From Candidatus Bathyarchaeia archaeon (GTDB taxonomy: Archaea > Thermoproteota > Bathyarchaeia > Bathyarchaeales > Bathycorpusculaceae), in NCBI GenBank assembly GCA_050012255.1, contig JBEKHN010000031.1, positions 1 to 10,716 of the forward strand: DNA of 10,716 bases, written 5' to 3'. Position numbers and translations under genes: made by a program. Of this stretch, positions 1 through 8,200 are shown in pieces. Position 1 is the first letter of the stretch. Every line of letters starts with the position of its first letter. The notes under the pieces are model-generated. The model worked only from the letters and a program-made list of their open reading frames with translations. It was not told the DNA's origin and did no database searches.

Positions 1-639
1 CGTGTTGTACTCGTATTTTCCAACGGTTGAATGTATTTCCACGGTAAACTCGTGCAACAACACTTCGTTTGACCTTCGTATATCTTTCACTTTTACTTTG
101 ATTTCGCTTATTGTGTTGTTGCTTAATGCAAAGTTGCCTGGTGTTTCAGCAAGTATTGCTGACGGCGGCATGGTCAAGTATCTTCTTGTATAACCAAACG
201 TAGCTTTAAACTGGTCTGCCCATTGTCCCCAGAAGCCTTTTCCTTCTGCTTTGGCTTGCTCTCTTGATTGTTGCACGGCAGCGGTTAGCATTTCACTGGT
301 CATTTGCGCAAAAATCAAACGTTGATTGGTCACTACTCCAGTGTAAGTGTCGTATCTTCCGAGCGATTTTGGTTTTCTAAATAGAATCACTCCGACTGTA
401 GATTCTGAACTCATCTGCGGCATAGGTGTTGCAGGTTGCATCGCTGGCGGGGCTTGAGCAATTGAAGCCTGCGTGGGCGGAGGTGACGGTGGAGGCGGTG
501 GCGATGAAGATGGAGAATAAGCCAGACGCTCAGGTGTTGGTTGAGCATTAACAGGCAGCTTGTTAAGTGCGACTCCGCATTTGCCGCAAAATTTCTCGTT
601 TGGGTTTACTTGTGAACCACAGTTTCCGCAGTAGGGCAT
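1..639 (-). CDS. Zinc-ribbon protein with Pro-rich linker and putative PH-like C-terminal domain (partial, runs off the left edge)
   Basis: Not in the ORF track. Hand translation from ATG at 639 is open to base 1 (213 codons): MPYCGNCGSQVNPNEKFCGKCGVAL (CxxC-x10-CxxC zinc ribbon), then SPSSSPPPPPSPPP..., then a globular region with GVVTNQRLIF, reminiscent of PH-like folds. GTGAT RBS-like site at 646-650. Confidence 0.88.
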   Translation of the reverse strand, partial: MPYCGNCGSQVNPNEKFCGKCGVALNKLPVNAQPTPERLAYSPSSSPPPPPSPPPTQASIAQAPPAMQPATPMPQMSSESTVGVILFRKPKSLGRYDTYTGVVTNQRLIFAQMTSEMLTAAVQQSREQAKAEGKGFWGQWADQFKATFGYTRRYLTMPPSAILAETPGNFALSNNTISEIKVKVKDIRRSNEVLLHEFTVEIHSTVGKYEYNT

Positions 640-645
640 ATTTGA

Positions 646-687
646 ATCACAGATAGTAGATGCTTTGCATTTGTTAATAAATTTGAC
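646..687 (-). promoter_or_regulatory. Putative archaeal promoter and RBS for the zinc-ribbon gene
   Basis: The minus strand reads GTCAAA-TTTATTAA (TATA-like, 674-681) about 35 bp before the ATG, and GTGAT at 646-650. Confidence 0.5.
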
Positions 688-939
688 TATCTTATCAATA
701 TATGTGCGTTAAATCCTTAGCTAACGTTACAGGTCAATGGAATTAGGGTTTGTTGACGCGGATTGTACTTTTTTGCGTGGAGAAAGTGTCAATAGGACAA
801 AAATGATAAAAAAGGAAAGCATATGGACGCTTTCAGAACCTTAGGCGTGTCCACATTGCTTTAGGAAGAAGACTTTGAATTTGGTTGGTAACGACTAATC
901 AAGGTTCCTGAAACCAGAAATTAGAAACTTGTTAACTCT

Positions 940-996
940 AGAAATTTTTATATTTTTCGAAACTAGTTTATTCTATAGCGGTATTTTAGAAGGTGA
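940..996 (+). promoter_or_regulatory. Putative BRE/TATA promoter, palindromic site and RBS for the small Cys-rich gene
   Basis: AGAAA (940-944) followed by TTTTTATAT (945-953); perfect palindrome AAACTAGTTT (960-969); AGGTGA (991-996) 4 nt before TTG at 1001. Confidence 0.55.
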
Positions 997-1000
997 TTTT

Positions 1001-1201
1001 TTGGTAAAAAAGAAAGGTGAAGAGTATAAGTGTGAAGAATGTGGTCTTGTTGTGATGGTTGAAAATCCATGTGAATGTGAAGCATGCGAACTAGTATGTT
1101 GTGAGCAACCAATGAAACCGGTCAAATCAACAGCAAAAAGCACTGCCTCTAAGGCTCCTGCAAAGGCGTCTGAAAAAGCTCCTGAAAAACCAAAGAAGTA
1201 A
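1001..1201 (+). CDS. Desulforedoxin-like small metal-binding protein (66 aa, 7 Cys) with Lys/Ala/Pro-rich tail
   Basis: Start moved from 929 to TTG 1001 because of the AGGTGA RBS. GEEYKCEECGLVVMV...ELVCCEQPMKPV matches the desulforedoxin pattern YKCxxCGxVVxV...LVCCxxxM, with an extra CECEAC in the loop. Tail is KSTAKSTASKAPAKASEKAPEKPKK. Confidence 0.8.
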   Translation: MVKKKGEEYKCEECGLVVMVENPCECEACELVCCEQPMKPVKSTAKSTASKAPAKASEKAPEKPKK

Positions 1202-1203
1202 TC

Positions 1204-1242
1204 AAGCACTAAATGCTTTTTCGCAACTATTCTTTTTCTTTT
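1204..1242 (+). terminator. Putative terminator
   Basis: AAGCA-ctaaa-TGCTT hairpin (1204-1218) followed by TTT, then TTCTTTTTCTTTT (1230-1242), directly after the stop codon. Confidence 0.5.
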
Positions 1243-1365
1243 GTGTTAGTACTCGAAATTCTGCTTGAAAGAAGGAAAAGAAACCTAATACTGTTTTTTC
1301 GAAAATTAAATTGACAGAAAATATCAGTTAACACGCAAGGTTTAGAACAACTAAATGCAGAAGAA

Positions 1366-1405
1366 GCGGGTCCGACGGGAATCGAACCCGTGATATCGCG
1401 GGTTT
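1366..1405 (-). tRNA. tRNA 3'-half fragment only (Arg/Lys-like); probable att-site remnant
   Basis: The minus strand reads AAACCCGCGATATC-ACGGG-TTCGATT-CCCGT-CGGACCC-G-C: a perfect T stem-loop, acceptor 3' strand and G discriminator. I found no complementary 5' strand (GGGTCCG) or D-arm in the upstream intergenic DNA. The isotype is uncertain because the anticodon is absent. Confidence 0.8.
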
Positions 1406-1421
1406 AACTAATTGCACATAG

Positions 1422-1565
1422 GTAATCAACGCAGTTTCTGATGATTTAGAAGAGAAATATTATCCTTTGCTAGCAGGTTTTATTTTGCCATTCGAGTCTT
1501 CAAGGAGAATAGAAAGTGTCTCAGTCGAAGATCAGTTTGAACAAGTCGGCTATGAATTTGATTAA
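1422..1565 (+). pseudogene. Possible 3' remnant of an unknown gene (47 codons, no start)
   Basis: Open frame VINAVSDDLEEKYYPLLAGFILPFESSRRIESVSVEDQFEQVGYEFD* with protein-like composition. It begins 16 bp from the tRNA fragment and is followed by a terminator-like hairpin. Confidence 0.4.
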
Positions 1566-1602
1566 AAACGGTGAAGAGGTTACTTTTGATTCCTCTTTTT
1601 TT
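1561..1602. terminator. Putative bidirectional terminator
   Basis: AAGAGG (1574-1579) / CCTCTT (1592-1597) stem, with a T run to 1602 on + and TTTTT (1564-1568) on -. It lies between two convergent stop codons. Confidence 0.45.
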
Positions 1603-4600
1603 CTATTTGGATTCCCCTAATTTTTCTGTTGTCAGGATCAGCTCATTTTTCACGTATTTTTGGTTGTCGAGTTTTCTGATTCTCAGAACCTTTTCTGCGC
1701 CGTTCGCGGTTTCTCTCTCGTAGACTCTTATTTCTCCCTCAAACAAACCCAAAATCGCCTGCACTTCCTCCTGTGGGTGCATCTGCGGGTCAATAACTGC
1801 TAAGGTCGTGAAGCCTTTCGCTTTCAGGTCGGAAAGAAGCCCACTCAGCCATTTTCTGGTAACTACGGCATGATGCTGCAGCAAAACATCGGAGACGATT
1901 TCGATGCAGGCTCTCTTTGGACCGGTCGCGGACGGGTTTAGTGTGCGAAAGGCTTTGGTTAGTGCGATGTCGATTTCGGTTAGGTTTTCTATGCCTTTGA
2001 TTTTAACTACGTTAGGCAGGCTCTGCATCATGGTGTCTGCTCTGGGGTTGCAGAGGAAAAGGTAAAAGTTGGACTGATACTTTTCAGCTAAGCCTTTTGT
2101 GTTCCCCAGTTTAGCCGTGAGGTAGAAGGTTGTTTCGCCTGCTTCAGCACCCGCCTCCAAGAAGCGTTTGATGAGCAGTTCTCTTTCGTCGCTAGAGGGT
2201 GCAGCCAACACGACGGCGTAATCTTCTGGTATTCCTCCCAAAAGTAGCCTGTCTAGTTCCACCGTTCCAGTAGCTACTCTTCCTAGCAACGCCTCATAAG
2301 CGGGCTTAACTGGCTGAACGGTAATGGTGATCTGGTTGAGCTTGAAAGTTTTTTTATTGCCCAAATCATCCACGTAAACGGATTGGGCATTTAGGCTATA
2401 GCTGCCTGCTTTGGTCGCTTTAAGCTTTAATTCTACCGTTTCAACCTGGAACGGACCGATGCTTTTGTCTTTAACCTCGAGACTACCGTTTTTTAGGCTG
2501 CACCAAGATGGCAAGCTGACAACATTGAATTCAGGGGTGATTACGCCCTCGATTGTAATAAACGTCGCCACTGTTCTTCCGACGTTGACGAGGTCAAGGC
2601 GCATCTCAAACTCCTCCCCAACCAGAACCCTCCTAGAAACCATTAGATTCAATTGCACGTTGGCGTGCCCAAACCTTTCTTCAGCCTGATCAAGAAACTT
2701 CTGAGCTTTGTCCCGCTGAACTTTTGCCTCCTCAACACGACCCTGCTTCTCAAGAGCCCAAGCATACCATCTTCTAACCGATGCTCCGACGGCAGACATG
2801 CGACATACCTCCGACTCTAGAAGTTTTTCGAAAGACTGATTCGATTCTTCCCAACAGGCCTTCGCAGCAAAATACACCCCCTTAGCCAGGGGCACAAACA
2901 AAACATTATGCGCGTTCGAGAGAACCTCTGGAGGCAGTTTGCTCATTCTATCGAAGTATTCATCCGCATTCTTGAAATTCCCAAGCAAACTGTATGTCTG
3001 GACAAGATTTGCGTAAACAACCCCTTGAGTCCAACTTGCATCTGTTTTCTTACTGTACTCCAACCCTTTCAAGGCTATCGACAGTGCCTCCGCAAGTCTC
3101 CCATCCTCTGATTCAAACATGCTCAACCGATAGGTTGGAATAAACAGTTCGGTGAAAACGCCCAATTTCTCGCCTACCCTGAGGACTTCAGTAAATTCTC
3201 GCCTAGCTTCCGGAAAAAGACCGCTCTGAAAGAACCCCTGCCCTATCCACCTGATAGTTTCTATTTCTCCGCGGACGTCGCCTAGTTCCCTAAAAATGGC
3301 GGCTGAACGCAGAAGTTCACCTAAGCCTTTTTCGGGTAAACCAACATAAGCGACGTATAAGATGCCGCTTCTCCACAGTGCTTCGGCGGCGTCAGCAACA
3401 GAATTCTCTTCTTCAAACACCTGTAATGCAGCGTCATAGTCTGCCAAATCCATTCCGAAATCTCCGCGTCCTGCCCAACCATGGGCTTTTCCCCGGTTGT
3501 CGATGATTCTCGCCATCTCCAAGCGGTCATCCACAGCCAACTCCTGCGCCTTCTTTGCGTATTCCAGCAATAGGTCGGGCTTGTCGCCTTCGGCGTAGGC
3601 TGCGTCTGAGGCTTTTCTAATGGCACGAAGCCGCAACCCACCCGTTTCATACGCCGCGAGCTCGTCAAACGTTTTTATAGCTTCGCCATACATGCAATTA
3701 GAAGCGTAAGCGTCTCCCAGCCCTTCTAACGCGGTTCTCTTCTCTTCAAGATGGCCTTCTGGAATATTCTGGAGTACGTACTTGAAGTGTTTGATGGCTT
3801 GCGTGTTGCTCCACTTTGTCAGCTCGTCTTTCCCTGAGGCCAGGGCGTACTTTACTGCTTTCTCCCTGTTTCCAGCTTGAGCATAGTGGTAAGCTATGTC
3901 GCTGACACGCAGCTCGGAGTCCTTTGTGCTTTCAAGTTTCTCTCCGATTCTGTTGTGGTACCCGCGTTTTAGGGGTGGAGAAAGCTCTTCATAGAGTGTT
4001 TCTCGGGACCTTGCATGATTGAACCTATAACGGTTTTCTTCGACACAGACCAGCGAAGTAGAATGGGCAATCACGTTTAACGTTTCAAGAACCTCTAAAC
4101 TATCCTGCCCAAGTACAGTGCTGAGAAGTTCAACATCAAATTCTTCACCGATCACAGAAGCAGCGTCAAGAATGCGTCTTTGCGCGTATTTTAGGCATGC
4201 TAGTCTGCGCAATATGATGTCTTTAATTTTGCTTGGTATCCCAAGCTCGTCGACAGCGAGTCGCCACTCATTGTTTTCCTGGACAAGGCTTTTGCGTTCA
4301 TGCAGCATACGCAGCGACTCAACAACAAAGAGCGGGTTGCCCCTGCTTTCAGCTGAGAGTTTATCCGCCAGCTCTTGTTGCAGGCTTGCTCCCATCATGC
4401 TTTCTGCCATCTTAGAGACACAGGCTTGGTTGAGGCTTGACAGCTTGATTTCCGTGAACAGTTCCTCGCGCCGCATCATGCGAAGGGTTTCAGCCAGCGG
4501 ATGCGGACGCCCCTCAGCGTCAGCTGTGAGTTCCTCACTTCTAAACGTCGCTAAAACGAGGACTCTTTCTGAATCATTGATTGCTCTAGCGATGTAATGG

Positions 4601-5148
4601 AGAAGCGCCAGCGAGGCTGAATCCGCCCAGTGAACGTCCTCGATAAACAAGACTACAGGGCCATTGACGGCTATTGTGTGGAGTGTCTTAGCGACGCCTG
4701 CGAAGACTTGGTCTTTCCAGACTTGAGGTGAGATAGTTTCGGGCTTTCCAGGCTTTAGGGCTTGCTCGGTTCTGGTTAGCCACGCTGTTATCCCACGTTC
4801 CTCAGCTATCGTTTGAAAAGAGAGGTTCAGCGGTTCGGATGGCTGGCTGAAACTGCTATTTTGTTCTGTTTCTGAGGAAGCAAAGTAGTTGTTGAAGGCT
4901 TCAATGAAAGGGAAGAAAGGGACTTGAGCATCGCTTAGGCACCAACCAGCCATCACAGCTACACCCGCATTCATAGCAGACATTAGGAATTCACGGGTTA
5001 CTCTGGTTTTTCCGCTGCCTGCATCGCCCGAGACAAAAACCGTTTTTCCCTTTCCTTCAACAGCCACATTTAGGAGTGATTGTAGCTCTTCAAGTTCTTT
5101 TTCTCTCCCAACAAGAACGGGCTCAGCTAAAACTCCAAGTTTAGGCAT
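1603..5148 (-). CDS. STAND (AAA_16-like) NTPase - winged helix - TPR - Ig-like - inactive KaiC/RAD55-like protein, paralogue B (1181 aa)
   Basis: Start moved to ATG 5148 (MPKLGVLAEPVLVGRE) by alignment with the paralogue. Motifs: LVGRE, Walker A GDAGSGKT (5005-5028), Walker B LFIEDVHWAD, GxP motif GNPLFV, YRFNH. Helical TPR-like repeats ~2670-3900; beta-rich domain ~2300-2660; KaiC-like TGxxELDxLLxGGIP start at ~2280. Confidence 0.93.
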   Translation of the reverse strand: MPKLGVLAEPVLVGREKELEELQSLLNVAVEGKGKTVFVSGDAGSGKTRVTREFLMSAMNAGVAVMAGWCLSDAQVPFFPFIEAFNNYFASSETEQNSSFSQPSEPLNLSFQTIAEERGITAWLTRTEQALKPGKPETISPQVWKDQVFAGVAKTLHTIAVNGPVVLFIEDVHWADSASLALLHYIARAINDSERVLVLATFRSEELTADAEGRPHPLAETLRMMRREELFTEIKLSSLNQACVSKMAESMMGASLQQELADKLSAESRGNPLFVVESLRMLHERKSLVQENNEWRLAVDELGIPSKIKDIILRRLACLKYAQRRILDAASVIGEEFDVELLSTVLGQDSLEVLETLNVIAHSTSLVCVEENRYRFNHARSRETLYEELSPPLKRGYHNRIGEKLESTKDSELRVSDIAYHYAQAGNREKAVKYALASGKDELTKWSNTQAIKHFKYVLQNIPEGHLEEKRTALEGLGDAYASNCMYGEAIKTFDELAAYETGGLRLRAIRKASDAAYAEGDKPDLLLEYAKKAQELAVDDRLEMARIIDNRGKAHGWAGRGDFGMDLADYDAALQVFEEENSVADAAEALWRSGILYVAYVGLPEKGLGELLRSAAIFRELGDVRGEIETIRWIGQGFFQSGLFPEARREFTEVLRVGEKLGVFTELFIPTYRLSMFESEDGRLAEALSIALKGLEYSKKTDASWTQGVVYANLVQTYSLLGNFKNADEYFDRMSKLPPEVLSNAHNVLFVPLAKGVYFAAKACWEESNQSFEKLLESEVCRMSAVGASVRRWYAWALEKQGRVEEAKVQRDKAQKFLDQAEERFGHANVQLNLMVSRRVLVGEEFEMRLDLVNVGRTVATFITIEGVITPEFNVVSLPSWCSLKNGSLEVKDKSIGPFQVETVELKLKATKAGSYSLNAQSVYVDDLGNKKTFKLNQITITVQPVKPAYEALLGRVATGTVELDRLLLGGIPEDYAVVLAAPSSDERELLIKRFLEAGAEAGETTFYLTAKLGNTKGLAEKYQSNFYLFLCNPRADTMMQSLPNVVKIKGIENLTEIDIALTKAFRTLNPSATGPKRACIEIVSDVLLQHHAVVTRKWLSGLLSDLKAKGFTTLAVIDPQMHPQEEVQAILGLFEGEIRVYERETANGAEKVLRIRKLDNQKYVKNELILTTEKLGESK
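2008..2054. repeat. 47-bp perfect direct repeat, copy 1 (copy 2 at 5641-5687)
   Basis: TACGTTAGGCAGGCTCTGCATCATGGTGTCTGCTCTGGGGTTGCAGA is identical in both paralogues and encodes CNPRADTMMQSLPNV. Confidence 0.9.
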
Positions 5149-5224
5149 ATCGACCGCCCGCGTTCTTACGCAGGATCGTTTCAGATTCTTCCAGTAAGCA
5201 AATATAAGCGGAACCACTCAAAAA
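5149..5224 (-). promoter_or_regulatory. Possible internal terminator and promoter between the paralogues
   Basis: The minus strand shows TTTTT (5220-5224), then TTATATT (5201-5207), then GGCGGT shortly before ATG 5148. Confidence 0.35.
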
Positions 5225-5259
5225 GTTTTGCATCCATTCAAGAGCCCCACCTGTTTCTT

Positions 5260-8200
5260 CTATTTTAAGATCAGTTCCTCTTTCAGGTAGTTTTGGTTGA
5301 TGAGTTTTAGAATCTTCAGTGTTCTCACCAGACCCTTTTCGCCCTCTTTCTCGGCTATTCTGATTTCTCCGTCGAACAGCCCCAGAATAGTCTGCGTTTC
5401 TTCCGATGGGTGCATGCCTGGATCGATTACTGCAAGGGTTGTGAAGCCTTTTGCTTTTAGGTCTGGAAGGAGTGCGCTGAGCCATTTTCTCGTGATTACT
5501 GCGTGGTGTTGGAGAAGAACGTCAGATATGATTTCGATGCAGGCTCTTTTTTGGCCAGCTGCAGCATGGTTCAGAGTACGTAAGGTCTTGACTAAGGCTA
5601 TGTCGATTTCGGTTAGGTTTTCTACGCCTTTAAGTTTAATTACGTTAGGCAGGCTCTGCATCATGGTGTCTGCTCTGGGGTTGCAGACAAATAGGTGAAA
5701 GTTGGCCTGACATTTTTCGGCTAGAGCTTTAGTGTTTCCGGCTTCTGTGGTTATGTAGAAGGTTGTCTCGCAGGTTTCTCTGCCTGCCTCTATGAAGCGT
5801 TTGATGAGTAGGTTTCTTTCGTCGCTCGAGGGAGCCGCAAGGATCACTGAGTAGTTTTCGGGTATCCCTCCTCCCAGCAGGTCGTCGAGTTCGTCGAAGC
5901 CGCTGGAAACCCGTCCCGGAAGAACATGAACGATTGGTTGAGCTGGCTTAACCGTAACGGTGATTGAGTCAAGTTCGCATGTTTTGCTCTCGCCTAACTC
6001 GTCTATGTGGGATACTTTCGGGTTTAAGGCAAAAGTTCCAGTTTTCAAAGCTTGCAAAGTGAGCTTTGCTGTTTCAACTTGGAAAGCGCCGATTTCTCTG
6101 TTTTTCATTTCGATGCTGCAGTTTTGCAAGGCACACCAAGGCGACATTGAGATGACTTTGAACCCTTCAGAAGGAACTACGCCTTCAGCTCTGACAAGCA
6201 AACCCAGCTTCCTTGAAGCGTTGACGAAGTCGAGGCGCATTTCGAACTCTTCGCCAACCCTAACTTCTCTGCGAACCATCAAACTCGCCTTTAAATTGAC
6301 ATGAGCAAACCTTTCTTCAACATCCCGATACAACTTCTGGACTTCTTCAAGCTGAACCCTAACCTCCTCAAACAGTCCTTGTCTCTCAAGAGCCCAACTC
6401 CAATGATTTCTTAACAACACTTCGAAGCCTATGGGTTGTCCATTACGGCTTAATTCCTCGAAGGCTTTTTTGAAACGTTGATCCGCCTCTATCCACTGAC
6501 TCTTGGCAGCAAAAAACACAGCTCCTGAAAGAGCAACAAAAAAAGCGATCCCGAGGATTGGGGTTGACAAAATTTCTGGAGGAAAATTCATGAGTTTCGC
6601 ATAGTACTCTTCAGCGTGCTCTACATCTCCAAGCCTAACATATTGTCTGACTAATGCAGAGTAATTAGTGACATTTGACTTATCATAACATTCTATTGCC
6701 TTCAAGCTGTGAGAGATAGCATCCGAAAAAAGTTCCCGGCGCTCAAAATCCAGACCAACTGTAAAAGTCGCAACAGCTTTGTGCCTAGGTTGGCCTCCTA
6801 TCTTCTCAAGAACCTTTATGAGATTTAAATTTGTGCTATTTGATTCTTCAAAAAGCCCACAAACGGAAAAAACGTATCCTTTCATCATTAGCGCTTCGAT
6901 TTGTCCTGGAAAATCTTCAAGCTCTTGGTATAGGGCAACTGATCGTAGAATCGAGCTAACTGCTTTTTCCTGCAGACCTGCAGTATTGGAATAGACATAG
7001 CTGATATGGAAGAAAACCCTTGCGGCATCCTCAAGAGAGTATTCTTCCTCAAAAACCCGCAAAGCCTCTTCAGAAGTCTTTGAGCTTGTCTTGAATTCGC
7101 CAGAAGCATTTTCAGCTTTTGCCTTAAACAAAAGAACTCGCGCACTTTCCAAACGATCAGAGCCCGCATACTTCTCAGCCTCCTTTGCCAACTCAATCGC
7201 ATGACTAGCGGCTACAGCAAAAATAGTTGCGTCTAATGCTTTTCGGTAGGCTCGCAGCCTCACCTTTCCAGTCTCCGATTTAGCAAGTGACTCGAAGATC
7301 TTTCCCGCTTCAACATACATGCTATTCGCATAGAATGCGTCGCCAAGTCCTTCCTTGGCTATCATTCTTGCATTTGTATTTTCTGCCGTTTCAGAAATGT
7401 TTTGGAGTACATAGTTGAAGTGTTTGATGGCTTCTTGGTTGCTATATTTTGCGAGTGTGTCTTGGCCTGCAGCCAACGAGTACTCCATAGCTTTTTCCTT
7501 ATTTCCTGCCTGAGTAAAATGGTAAGCTAAATCACTAAGAGGCAAATTGCTGTTTTTGCCCATGTTTTCAAGTTTTTCCGCAATTCTGGCATGATAGCCC
7601 TTCTTCAGGGGCAAAGGCAGTTCTTCATAGAGTGCTTCTCGAGACTTTGCGTGGTCAAACCTGTAGCAGTCGCCTTCGACGCGAACAATTGAAGTTGTCT
7701 GGGCAATTACAGTCAGAGTTTCGAGCACATCTAGACGGTCTTGATTTAGGACTACGCTGAGAAGGTCCAGGTCGAATTTTTCGCCTATCACGGAAGCTGC
7801 TTCAAGCACTCTTGTTTGGGGGCGCTTTAGGATCGCGAGTCTTCTTAGGATGATGTCTTTGATTTTTGTGGGTATGCCCAGTTCGTCGACGGTGATGCGC
7901 CACTCATTGTTTTCTTGGATTAGACTTTTGCGTTCAAAGAGCATTCGAAGGGATTCTACGACAAAGAGTGGGTTGCCCTGGCTTTCCGCTATCAGTTTTT
8001 CTGCTAGGTTTGGTTGGAGGTTTCCGCCTATCATGTTTTCAGCTATCTTTTCGACGTCGGTATGGTTTAGGTTTGGGAGTTTGATTTCTGTGTAGAGGTC
8101 TTCTCGCCCCATCGCCCGCAGCGCTTCAGCCAGAGGATGCGGGTGCCCTTCAGCGTCAGAGGTTAACGCTTCGCTTCGGAAAGTCGCCAAAACCAAAATT

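Noticed and set aside
2-193. 63-aa plus-strand ORF
   Set aside because: Antisense shadow of the zinc-ribbon gene at 1-639.
929-1000. N-terminal extension of the Cys-rich ORF
   Set aside because: Overlaps the TATA box and RBS; TTG at 1001 is the better start.
1001-1201. Cys-rich RiPP (ranthipeptide/sactipeptide) precursor
   Set aside because: No radical SAM or other maturase in the window, and the desulforedoxin pattern explains the sequence better.
973-1209. 78-aa minus-strand ORF
   Set aside because: Antisense to the desulforedoxin-like gene, which has the RBS, motif and terminator.
5149-5262. Read-through or frameshift fusion of the two paralogues (they share a reading frame)
   Set aside because: Two different stops (TAG 5260-5262, TGA 5218-5220) intervene, there is no canonical slippery heptamer, the shifted frame stops at 5141-5143, and the spacer has promoter-like signals.
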